NCBI GenBank assembly: GCA_964247055.1 | Contig: OZ176050.1 | Span: 15,004,001-15,068,000 of the forward strand | Length of the DNA: 64,000 nt | Reading direction: 5' to 3' | Source of the DNA: Paragordius varius | Taxonomy: Eukaryota; Animalia; Nematomorpha | The notes under the pieces: generated by a model | Told to the model about the DNA's origin: nothing | The model's input: the letters and a program-made list of their open reading frames with translations, nothing else | Database searches by the model: none | Made by a program: the position numbers and the translations under genes | In this document: positions 38,968 through 50,099 of the stretch, one piece after another | How the letters are laid out: every line of letters begins with the position of its first letter | How positions within the stretch are numbered: position 1 is the stretch's first letter

Positions 38968-41900
38968 TCAAAATAGCTTAAATGTTTCATTAGTGACTTT
39001 GTCAGGTGTTATTTCAGGGACATGGTTGGCCATATACGGAACGGATATACGGGCCCCACCTATAACCACTATTTGACAATCATCACAAGAATCCAATGAA
39101 TAAAATATGGTCTCAGGAATGGGCGCCATATTATCCATATGCTCGACACGGTTAAAATAAATGCCAAAGTGTGCCAAACCGTTTGTAATATCCGATACGC
39201 GCCATTCAAGCACAGGTAATTCATGTGTGGAAAGGAAACGGGTAATATCAAAATTTGGTTCATTAATAACTTTAGATAAGGGTTGACTTTCATTTGAAGA
39301 AACTCTTATACGTTCGTCAAAATCATTGATTGCCCTTACTAAGGGTTTTAAATCCAAATAGAATGGATATAAAGAATTTTTACGTTTCTTATTTGCGAGT
39401 GTTAGGTGGTAAGGTGTATTATGTGTTTCAATCTTTACTTGTTCATCATATGACATTTGGCTTTCGGTAGTACCTTTAGGCCCTTTGTCAGTGCTGTGAT
39501 TTATGATGTTAGCTGGCTGGTTTTCAGAACCTCTCGTGTCGCAATCACAATAAGCACACATTTTAAATGCCTCCAACACGGATGATAAATGAGATGGTTC
39601 TTGGATCGCACTACAGTTTGCTATATCGTTACCAGTTAGAGGCAGATCAACATAGGGACCAATGTCGTTATCTAAAACATTCATATCATCGTTTGCATCA
39701 AATCCGATAAAATTATGGCTAATATTTGAATGTGCAGGTGACGCATGATGTGAATTATATTCTCTGGACAAAAGATGTTGTTTCATTCGTTCGATCCTGG
39801 TTAATCGGTTTCGGTTAATTCGCTCCTGATCTTGAGGAGAAAGTTTACAGAGTCTACCATGACGAGGCATTGCCTCGGAAGAAACCACAGTAGATGAAAT
39901 GGAAGGAGTGGTAACCTTACAAAAATGTTTGTTCGAAGTTGAAGGCCTTTCCAAATCTAAAAAGTGTGGTGATTTATTTAGACCGTTATTTTCGTTTGAC
40001 TTATCTGGCACCAAAACTGGCAATTGATGTGCAGGGGTCACGTTTGTTTCTTCATCCGTTGACAAATTTATTTCCATGTTATCTGAAATTGGCAGATTTT
40101 GGACCGGATCAAAATTAATACTGGGATGAAATAAATCCGAAAATGGCCTCCGAGAATAGGAATCATGATCACTTTCAGAACTGGTGTGCATAGGATGCTG
40201 GTAGGCTTGTAACATACCTTGTAACTGCCTATGTTCCCGCACACTATTTAAATGGGCATTAAATTGTTGAGTCCTAAGATTTAATAGATCAATAATTGAT
40301 CCCCTATTGCTAGTATTTCGATTGTTACTAAGGAGCTGTGAATTTTTATACGGGGCAAGTACAACAAGCATTTGTTGTGTGTGAAGATACGTGGCGGATC
40401 TAGCCCATAAATTAGATGGCCACGCTTCACTCCAACAAGTGCTTGAAGTCTTGCCACCGGAAAACGTATCATTCTCATCCTCAATAAACTCGCTCTTAAT
40501 GTCCTCATTATGGGTTGTATTGCTGTTACTTGTGCTTGTGTTATTGTTAGCTTGAAATTGTGAAGCATTCTGAGCCGCTGCATTCATACACGACCTATTG
40601 AGACGGCATGAACGGGCCAATGATGTAAAAATATTTTTCGTTTTTATTTCAACCCAATACCATGGTAATCGTATATTTGGCCCAGATGAAGGTTGTTGAG
40701 ATGAAGCAGGATTTCCATTCAATGGTTCCCGGAAAAAGAAGCCACCCGTTCTAAGAATCCAAGCGTCATGATATTTATAACCAGATGTAGAAATACCCCC
40801 TATAATAAGCCAATCACCACTTTCCCGCAAAGGAGCATGGGAATGATTAAATCGAGACGTTGGCCCCGTCTCTGTGAAGGGAATCGTCATAAGCCTTTGA
40901 TGATGTTCTGTGTTGCCATCCAATGATCGACTGCCATCTTCATGTGATGATATTGGGGATACATTGGGCGAAGAAAATAAATTAACTGCCCGAGTATGAG
41001 AGTTAGCTAGTCTAACATTATGATCTATAGGTGCTGGTGACCATGACATTTGTTGGAAATCAAACACCCACAAGGCGTTGGAAGAGTAAGGACCGGGTGA
41101 ACATAGGCCCCCAAATACTAACATGAAAAGACCCTTTTTACATTTCACGGGTTGAGCCGCTAAATTAGATGATACATTTGTAGTAGCATCTAATGGGCTT
41201 GATAAGGGAAAGTAAGCGTTTTTATCACGCAAAGAATCCCAAGAAGAATCAATCAACGACTCTTTCAGATGATTTGCATGAGAGTTTTCGTTATAGTTAA
41301 GCTCAAAGATAGCTGCGGTATGACCTGCTGTAGCGGGAGGATGTAAAAATGAGGCCCTTAAATCGGAATAATCTATATCATCGGGTGTAACTCCGCTAAT
41401 GTCTGTATTAGCTACCAATCTGGTATTATACATATTCCGGTATGATTTGTATTCCGTGTTATCGGAAAGCATTTGAGAATTTTTTTGGAAGTTAGCTAAC
41501 GGATCTATCTTGGACCATTTATTTGTGACAATATCAAACATATGCAATGTATTAAGCATACGTGGCAATTCAAACAGCGAAGATGCCAAAGCGTGACCCC
41601 CAAACAAGACAAGTTTATCCATGTTATAGGGTAGGGCAACTAAGGTAGCGGATGATCTAGGGCAAGGGATATCGTTACTATTCCTTGAATACTTGTGATC
41701 ATTGGAAAGCGATACGTTAGAATTATAAATAATTTTGGTCCATTCCATAGTCAATACATTAAGTTTCCATAAATCATTTAACTTGGAGGATGGTTCGGGT
41801 TGACCACCGAAAACGTATATGTGACCTTTGTGATAACAAGTGGCATGTTTATACCTGGGAGTAAAAATATTGGTGGATTTAGATACAACGGGATGGTTAG

Positions 41901-42252
41901 GTAGTTCATTTACAATGTAATGCGAATGAGATAAAAATGTAGGATCATATAATAGGTTCACTCCAACTGGTACACTTAATGTCCGATAATAATGACAAAA
42001 ACATTTGCAAAACTTTTGAAAATCTTTGTTATGCAATTTATGGGGATAATATTTTTTAATTAAACAGCTCCCATGATAAAATGAATTTTCAAAATCTTTC
42101 TGCTTAATTTGGAGTGCATTATAAGAAATGGCTTTCCATCTCGCACAAATGGTTGATGCAATATATTTAAGTGTAAATGAATCAACTTTAGATAAAATGT
42201 ATAACAAAATTTCATCGGGAATATCACAAAATCCCAACTCCGTGCAAGACAT
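38968..42252 (-). CDS. FBXO42: F-box/Kelch-repeat protein (FBXO42-like), single exon, 1094 aa
   Basis: Uninterrupted ORF. N-terminal F-box (IPDEILLYILSKV...ICARWK), Kelch repeats (PRYKHATC..HIYVFGG..LNDLWKL, PCPRSSATL..LVLFGGH, MLVFGG, RFNHSH..LIIGG) and a C-terminal LEWRV...PETIFYSL..IVVIGG block, arranged as I recall FBXO42. Confidence 0.85.
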   Translation of the reverse strand: MSCTELGFCDIPDEILLYILSKVDSFTLKYIASTICARWKAISYNALQIKQKDFENSFYHGSCLIKKYYPHKLHNKDFQKFCKCFCHYYRTLSVPVGVNLLYDPTFLSHSHYIVNELPNHPVVSKSTNIFTPRYKHATCYHKGHIYVFGGQPEPSSKLNDLWKLNVLTMEWTKIIYNSNVSLSNDHKYSRNSNDIPCPRSSATLVALPYNMDKLVLFGGHALASSLFELPRMLNTLHMFDIVTNKWSKIDPLANFQKNSQMLSDNTEYKSYRNMYNTRLVANTDISGVTPDDIDYSDLRASFLHPPATAGHTAAIFELNYNENSHANHLKESLIDSSWDSLRDKNAYFPLSSPLDATTNVSSNLAAQPVKCKKGLFMLVFGGLCSPGPYSSNALWVFDFQQMSWSPAPIDHNVRLANSHTRAVNLFSSPNVSPISSHEDGSRSLDGNTEHHQRLMTIPFTETGPTSRFNHSHAPLRESGDWLIIGGISTSGYKYHDAWILRTGGFFFREPLNGNPASSQQPSSGPNIRLPWYWVEIKTKNIFTSLARSCRLNRSCMNAAAQNASQFQANNNTSTSNSNTTHNEDIKSEFIEDENDTFSGGKTSSTCWSEAWPSNLWARSATYLHTQQMLVVLAPYKNSQLLSNNRNTSNRGSIIDLLNLRTQQFNAHLNSVREHRQLQGMLQAYQHPMHTSSESDHDSYSRRPFSDLFHPSINFDPVQNLPISDNMEINLSTDEETNVTPAHQLPVLVPDKSNENNGLNKSPHFLDLERPSTSNKHFCKVTTPSISSTVVSSEAMPRHGRLCKLSPQDQERINRNRLTRIERMKQHLLSREYNSHHASPAHSNISHNFIGFDANDDMNVLDNDIGPYVDLPLTGNDIANCSAIQEPSHLSSVLEAFKMCAYCDCDTRGSENQPANIINHSTDKGPKGTTESQMSYDEQVKIETHNTPYHLTLANKKRKNSLYPFYLDLKPLVRAINDFDERIRVSSNESQPLSKVINEPNFDITRFLSTHELPVLEWRVSDITNGLAHFGIYFNRVEHMDNMAPIPETIFYSLDSCDDCQIVVIGGARISVPYMANHVPEITPDKVTNETFKLF

Positions 42253-43451
42253 CTGTCAAAACGATGGCTAGATGAAGTTATAAAGATCAACTGATATATT
42301 TAGTCTGCCGAAATCGGAAGGTATAAAAAAACAATAAAATATATATACATATATATATTGATACTTTTGGTTTTACTCCTTAAGAGTGATATAAAAAGTT
42401 ATACTTTTGCTGCATGTAGATCAGATAAATGGTAATATTGCGCACTTTTTTTAAATTTTTGGCGAAAAAATATCACTAAAATATAATATAAACCACATTT
42501 AAAAACTTAAATATTTTTATAATTTTATTTTTAGATGTGAGCTTCGAAAGTCCCAAATTTTCTTCTAAAATGCCATATTACTCTTAAAATAAATGCAAAA
42601 CTGCCGAAATTGGGGATTAAAAATCTATAATATATTTTATTAAGTTGTTATTATACCACGAAGTCGGACGTATTATTATTAATTTTTATTATCATTTGTA
42701 AAAATAACTGATATGCATGATAAAAGCCATAATTTATAGGAAACATTTAAATTTCTTGCATAATAAATTATCTTCAATCGTAGTTCGAAAAAATAATACA
42801 CACAATTCTTTATTTGCTATAATTGCACAGTGTCCACGAAATACCCGATAATACTTGTATATTCCAAAAAATATAGGATGATCATGGGGCATATTACTCA
42901 CATTATATCATAAAATAACAAACTTTGCGCGCATTTTTATAAATAAAAAATAGAATTAAATTACATAATTTAATGAAAAACAAAGCAATATTTTTTAAAA
43001 TTAGAAGTTTTTCCATCTTTTAAAGTGTATTATTATCTTAAAATAAACGCAAAAATTTCGCGATCGCGTAAAATTTTAAATTAATGGTAAATTATCAATT
43101 AAAGAAATATTTTAATGTATATCATTAAAAAATTTAAGAAAAATTTTGTAAAAGCATCATACTATTTTGAGTCCTGATGGAAACGGCTTAAAACTGCTTT
43201 ATATGATTTCACCTTTTTTAAAATAACTCATTTCTATCACCTCGAAATTTTAAGTAAATCGTCAAATTCTTATATAGAAAATTTTTTTATAAAAAAAATA
43301 GCAAACAAGTCTTTTATTTCAAATTTTAAGGTAGTAAAAATTCAGCATCTTTGAAATTTATAGTTAAAATAATTTTATAATCTTAAAATGTTTTTAAATC
43401 TCCATCATCAGTTAAAATAGTATGTAGGCTTTAAGACAAAATTTTATTTAA

Positions 43452-44715
43452 TACTTCGATTTAAATTGGAGTATCTAAATACCCCAGACTAAATTTAAGT
43501 TAGGATTTATAAAAAACTACCGAAGGAAACGGTCCTAATTTAAATATATGTTTCTATAATAAAAATTATATAGCCAAAATATCCAAATAAAATTTGGTTT
43601 TGAATAAAGAGTTCCATGTCAGAGTACTTCGGCGCCATTTTTATTTTATAAAATTTTCGCAAAATATCGTTTTCATTTAATTTCAAGGGTAAAATTAAAT
43701 GTAATTTTTTATTTGAATTCGATCTAACATTAATATAAATAGAAAAAGCGGTTAATTTTATATTTTTTCAATTTTACCAAATGGGACATTGACTAAATTT
43801 TTAACTTTGGGTTTTAGCTTAAAATAAGTAAAATCAAGTATTTTTGAATAATTTTTTTTATATATTTCGGTATGTTATATGAATGCTAAATTTTGCGATG
43901 GTTTTGATTCCTTCCCTATTTTTTTAGGAATGTAATTTTAAGTAGTCCTGGGGTATCCAACTACCTTAAATTTAAATCGAAGGATTGAAATGAATGTGTT
44001 GTATTTAGGGTTGTGCTGACCAAGTCGTGACCCGGTCAATTGACCTGGTCATGACCAGGTCAGTGACAATTTATTTTTTAACCATGGTTTAAAAAACAGC
44101 TGTTTTTGAAAAATTGGTGGTAAATTTTTTATGAAAGAGAGATAGTAAGATTTTATTGTTTTTTAATATATTTTCTAAAATAAATTAAATATTTAAATAT
44201 GCTCAGTTAATATAAAATTAAACATGCATCCTTATAACATTAGCATTTAAGCATATCCAGTTATTTCGAAAAACAATACAATTAAGCACTTTGCAAAATA
44301 TGCAATTATTCCATATATGTGAACCAATAAAATGAAAAACATTTTATTTGGATATTTCAATGATGAAAGAAAGTGAAAAATAAGCTAAATAAAATTTTAT
44401 TTGAAATATCCTGTATTAAAAGCTATGTATTTCAAGATTTAGAAGCCCACAAACTTGTGGCAAATTTTATTTGAAAATAAAATTGATTAAATTAGATTGA
44501 AAATATTTGTAAATGATAAATATCAAAAAAATGTATAATACAAATTTAAGAAACAACATAATTAGTGAAACGCAAGTGTCGTTCGAACATTATTTTCACA
44601 ATCCAATATCGCATGATATTTATTTAATTAAAAAGTGGTCATGACCATGGTCTGACTGGGTCGGACCGGTTTTTGAAAAATCAGTCAAATGCTCAGCCCT
44701 AATTGTATCCCAGTG
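43452..44715 (+). mobile_element. piggyBac-like MITE (TTAA-flanked) carrying a nested hAT element
   Basis: TTAA|tacttcgatttaaattggagtatctaaatacccc... colinear with 55306-55887; the right end resumes after the hAT insert as ...ccagtg|TTAA (44716-44719). Confidence 0.8.
44006..44701. mobile_element. hAT-like MITE, 696 bp, nested in the right end of the piggyBac-like MITE
   Basis: Termini TAGGGTTGTGC / GCTCAGCCCTA; 8-bp flanks gttgtatt / attgtatc, both resembling the uninterrupted gttgtatc of the 55306 copy; subterminal TGACC repeats at both ends. Confidence 0.8.
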
Positions 44716-46921
44716 TTAATAATAAAATTTAAATTATTATTTAAGTTATAATAAAATTATATTATTTTGTGGCGCAATCCCGTTCTTGCTTAGAGAACTA
44801 GCCTATTTAAGACGAGCGAAAAAAAATTGGGACTTTTGGAGCTCACATATTATAATCTTTTAATATCTTATTTTGCTTTGTATATGCACTATATGATATA
44901 TTTCAGTAATATTTTTAGGAAAGAATGTGCGCAAATTTTCCCATTGTCTGATATGGAGCACCTACCACAAACGTGGAAAATTTTTGATCGTTCAAAACCA
45001 AAAGCACCATGGTAATCCTGATATATTCTGGTATCAAAGTTATATATGTTAGGTATTTCTTGGACATTGTGTAATAGAAACGCAAACACTTTTAGATATA
45101 ATGAAAACACTTTTTCTACGTAATTCAATGATGTTGAACATATCTCTCACCTCAGAATTTTATTTAATGGATTGTTTACTCTCAAATATGGGTCAACTTT
45201 GGTAAAAAACATATATTATCTTACATTAATTTGAAATCAACATTTATTTGAAACAAATTTTAGAGGTGATAAAAATAATCGAATTATGTGGAAAAAGTGT
45301 TTATTAATATCTTATACCATTTTATATCGATAATGATTGAAATAGTATGAAGCACGATTCAACAAAATGTTGTTATAAATTTTAAAAACATTTTAATATC
45401 AGCGCATATATCAAATTTATATCTCGCAATCTCGGTATTTTTGCGTTTATTTCTATAAAATATTAGCCCATTTTAGAAGGGCGAAATATTAGGGTCTTTC
45501 GGTGCCCACATTTGAAATTAAAATTTAAATTAATATAGTTGCTTTTTATATAAAGTTTTTATATTTTAGCTATTTTTAAAACGAGGCATTTAGCTTCCAT
45601 AAAAAAAATAATTGACAAAATATGGGGATATTTTCTCATTTGTTGCAAAAGTGATAAAAACTTTATTATGTTAGTAGTAAGGGTATATATTAAATGCATC
45701 ATATCCTGATACATTGAGAACAAAAGCATTTCATGAGAATCGCCCCTAGAATTTGGATGCGGTATAAAATATTTTTGAAATTTGGCATCAGCTTTACATT
45801 TTATAGCATAATGTACGAGCGATATTCACTTTTGTTTTATCAGGATATATAATCATTTTTTTATATCAATCTTGCCCTTAACCAAAGCACAACGAGCGTT
45901 TTGAAAATACCATTTATCGGAGTATACTTTATCAAGAGATTTTTGTACACTATGTAAATCTTATTTTAGGATGGGGTAGTTTTATATAAGACCTCCATTT
46001 TTACTTGTTTGGCTTGTGACTTTTCAGGGTATTTATATCTTCAAAGCCATTTAAAATTATTTAAAAAACATTCTTACTCTATGGGATAAATTTATTACCC
46101 TTTGCGATGATAAATTTTTTTCTAAAAAAAGTTAAATTTGTAAAAATGTTTCTTTTTTAGCGGCTATTTTTTTGATATTTGTAATTTGCTATTACAACAG
46201 GCAAATAATATTTAAAAATATTAATTACCTTAAAAAACATTTTTTATCTAATATTATCGGCCAATTTTCGAGATATTATGTTTTAAAGCTACAAACTCCG
46301 GCCTATAGAATTAAAAAAAAATCAAATTAGTTTTTTATGTTTCCTAATTAAATTCAGTAAAAACAATTATAACAATAGTTATGCTACTTTAGGCTCTAGG
46401 CGCATACAAAAAGTGTAATTAAGTGTTAATACTTCACAGTTTTTAAAGGTTTTTTTTATATCCGAGCGCGATAACAATTTTTCTTTAATAATAATCAATT
46501 ATTCATCCATATTTAAAACATGCTTTTTGGCTTTTAACCTTATTATATGAAATCTTTTTTTTAAATGCTAAAAAATTTTTCGCCGCCTTTTTTTTTATTT
46601 TTATATCGCTAATGCCACAGACAAATAAAATATTATGAAAAGTAAATAAGTAACTTTAGAAAACTCTCAAGCTACTTTTTGCCATCAAAGTTTAAATACA
46701 GTTGTTTGTTTGATCAGCATTCCTGATTCAAGGCAAAATTGTAAAAAGTATAATATTTAATAAAAAAATGATACATAAACTTTAAAACAGTAGTTTTTTA
46801 CAAAATTGAGATCTAAACAACACCGATATGTCATCGTGGGCGAAAATGTGAAAAGATCATTACAATATGTTTAAAGACTGTTTTAAAATATCTTCATGAC
46901 ACCATATGTCATACATGCCTT

Positions 46922-49900
46922 ATGCTCAGATATTTAATTTACGGTTTAGTTTTGAAATTGTCCATTTTGGCAGCACGCGAAAACTATGATTTATGCGTTA
47001 ATAAAAAAATAAAGATTAAAGTTTAAAATTTTTATATTGAAGAATGCTGTTTGTACTTTATGTAATGTAACACAAATTAATCGGTCTTTAATCAACCCGA
47101 ATTTTGAAATTAATATCAAGACATATCGCTGGATGACCCAAATTGATGAACAAAATTACCAAAATTATATCGGAATTAATATAAGCTGGACAATAAATAA
47201 TTTGGTTACGAAGTAAATTATTATATAGAAATTAGGGATGTTCAATTTGCGGTATATAATGTTTTAAATGATCCAAAAATGAACCTATTTTCACCAAAAA
47301 CAATACAATGTAATGATTTAATTAAGTTAGAGGTATGATACGCATTTAATAAAATTAGAATCTATATTATGATTGCCTTTTTATGTTTCCTAATACACAA
47401 CCTCTTATACTCTATATTGAATCTTACATATCTTATCATTACTTTAGTCAGAAATATGTATCTCTGCCCAGTATAAATGACATCTTAAGTTTAATTTTTA
47501 ATATTAATTGGTTTTTATAGCTTTTCATAGTTGGAAACCAACCCTAACCTATACTTTTTCCCATTCAACAAACCCTAATCAAAATTTATCAGTTGATTTA
47601 GACATTTCTCTTATTGTGGGACATGTACAAACGCCCCCTAAATTTTTACATACTAAATTTTTTGGTTCAATCCAAATTGTATTATGGGTACTACTAAATG
47701 CATCAACGTTTGAAACTCTATCCTATGGTCAATTACTTTTTAGTTTGCATGATACATCTAAAGCCTCTCAACTTTGGCCTGTATCTGTTAAACTAATCAA
47801 AGCGGTAAGTTTTCTTTTAGCTTTTTTATCTATAATTTGTCTTTAAATTATCCTACATTGTTGCCTAATTTAGACGGAACCAGATAGTCTTGAGAAATTT
47901 GTATTCACCTTTCAAGATCTATTTAACCCTTACATCGTGGACCAGTTAATTCACAATAAGCTCAATTCTTTATCACCAGTGTATGCCAATGACTCGTTTG
48001 GTAAATTATCGGAAAATTTTTCAAACGCATTTTCTACACGACCTAGCCCACAAAGTATTTTAGCTTTAAGGTCGTTGTATTTAAACAGCTCTACCATTTT
48101 TTTCATGACGGCCCATAAAATGCCACAGTCTCAAAATGAGCTTAATCAAAAGTCGAAGGAAACCAAAAAATGTTTAAACAATTATTGGAATGCGGCGGGA
48201 GATTGGACACCTTGGTTCACGTGCACATTTAATTTGTCGGATAATGGTACCATAACTTCTGTGGTCGGTAGTATACCTGCAATTATGTCGCTAGGCTTTC
48301 ATTTCGCTTATATGGCAAAATATTATCCTTTTACTATGGGCCAAAACAACCAAGCCTTTTTAACACACTATTTTTCCCTCTTTAATATGCAACAAAAAAG
48401 ATTTGAAGGAAAGGCTGTCTTATTTCTTATTGTTTTATCCGTACTTTTTACGCTGGTTTTAGCGAGTTGCGTTGTGTTTGGGTATTACCGTAAAATCTAC
48501 TCCAAAAAGATATGGAACGGATGTTCTGATACAAATGTAAGTTCTGAAAATGTAAATCGACATAATTATGAAACACCTCTACTAGAATCAAAAGCTAAAC
48601 CGCCGAATGTTTTAGTTTTATATCCACCATTTCTTAAAGAATCTTTAACTATGGGCGTGGAATTGATTGAAACGTTTTGTGACATTTTCCAAACGCATTT
48701 TGACTGCAAAGTACATTTGGATTTGTGGAACTTATTAGAGGTAGTAGACCCTTTTTAAAATTTTTAAAACGTTGATTAAATATCTTAAATTAGGAATATA
48801 TCATTAAGTCAAAAGGAACATTTTTTCAAGCAAACGCGACATTTTTATTCAAACGCAGCATTTTTTCGATTTTCTGGATTAAAAAATTGTTGTCTCTTTT
48901 AAAAAATTTGCGTTTGCATGAAAAAATTTTGTGTTTTCTTGAAAAAAATGTAAAGCTATTATGATATTTTTTTTAAAAAAGTTTTATTTTATAACTTAGA
49001 ATAAGTCTTCGCATCCACTTTTTTGGTTACAAGAATCTATATCCAATTCACAAGTTGTGATTTACCTTATCCCAGCATGTAAAATTGGGGACATTGAAAA
49101 AAAGGCCAAAATTAGACAGGAACTTTTTATTTTCAAGGATTATATGATGCGTTTGGCGTCTCAGGGAAAACTACCAACTATCATAAAACATAAATTATGG
49201 TCAAATTTGTTTAATGCCTCCCTTCGTCTCATAATATCGCAACAATTAACATCACAAGAAAATGAATACCGCAGTAAAGGCGACCACCTACAAATCATAT
49301 TTATCATCCTAGGTTTCCAAAATATTATTGCCGATGAAATGCCAAACGAATCTTGTTGTGTAGAAAGTAATTACATAATAAATTATTTCAAACTACTTAA
49401 AGGGCTCTGCCCAAGCTCCAAATTAATTTTGGTTGGTGAACCACAAAAACAAGCGAATTCCAGCTATATGAATCCCATTTTTTATCATTTATCAAGCGTT
49501 TTGCCAGTAAAGATAAAGGGCGAAAACATAGTTGACGAGACTAAGGATAAGCATAAAAGCTTTACAACACTCTTAACTAGGTTTAATTGGCTCTTTAACA
49601 ATATAAATATGGACACACAAGATAGACCAATAGAGGAATCCATCTTTCCAACAAACAATATAACAGGAACTGAAAATCTAGAGCTTATAAATTTAACAGA
49701 TATAGACCGTAAAATTGACAATTCCTTCCTGTATGATTTCAATTCAAGCCTGCTAACACTAAATGATGTACCCTTGTTTGAAACAATGTTGGGCAACGTG
49801 CCAGATAATACAGAAAAAACGACAGATATATCAGTTCAAAAGGGCAGTTTTAGGGCAATTGATAATAGTCAATACTTGGATATTGGTGAACACCTAAACT

Positions 49901-49956
49901 CATACATGCGATTATTTAATGTGCCGACATTCGAAAAACTCAAAAAGGGGAAATAG
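46922..49956 (+). CDS. IL-17 receptor family-like type I membrane protein with SEFIR domain, 7 exons, about 860-867 aa
   Basis: Exons: 46922-47020 (or -46996), 47043-47212, 47236-47332, 47359-47488, 47521-47804, 47874-48740, 49000-49956. Signal peptide MLRYLIYGLVLKLSILAA; Cys- and N-glycosylation-rich ectodomain (NVT, NRS, NIS, YDC, FHSWKP); transmembrane segment AVLFLIVLSVLFTLVLASCVVFGYY followed by RK; SEFIR-like boxes PNVLVLYPP...FQTHFDCKVHLDLW...FWLQESISNSQVVIYL. Confidence 0.75.
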
Positions 49957-50099
49957 TTTTATTGAGATTTATGCGATCCATATTATACTGTGAAATTTTT
50001 TTAGCTATCTTTGGTTTCATATGGATGATGGATAGAATATATCAATTCTAAAAAAACTCTATGGTAACTAACTGACTATTCAACGATGTACTTAACATA

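Noticed and set aside
44827-45210. Short ORFs (44827-45015 +, 44889-45128 -) as upstream exons of the receptor or as a small gene
   Set aside because: No consistent spliced frame was found, the receptor has its own signal-peptide exon at 46922, and the stretch lies among transposon-like inverted repeats.
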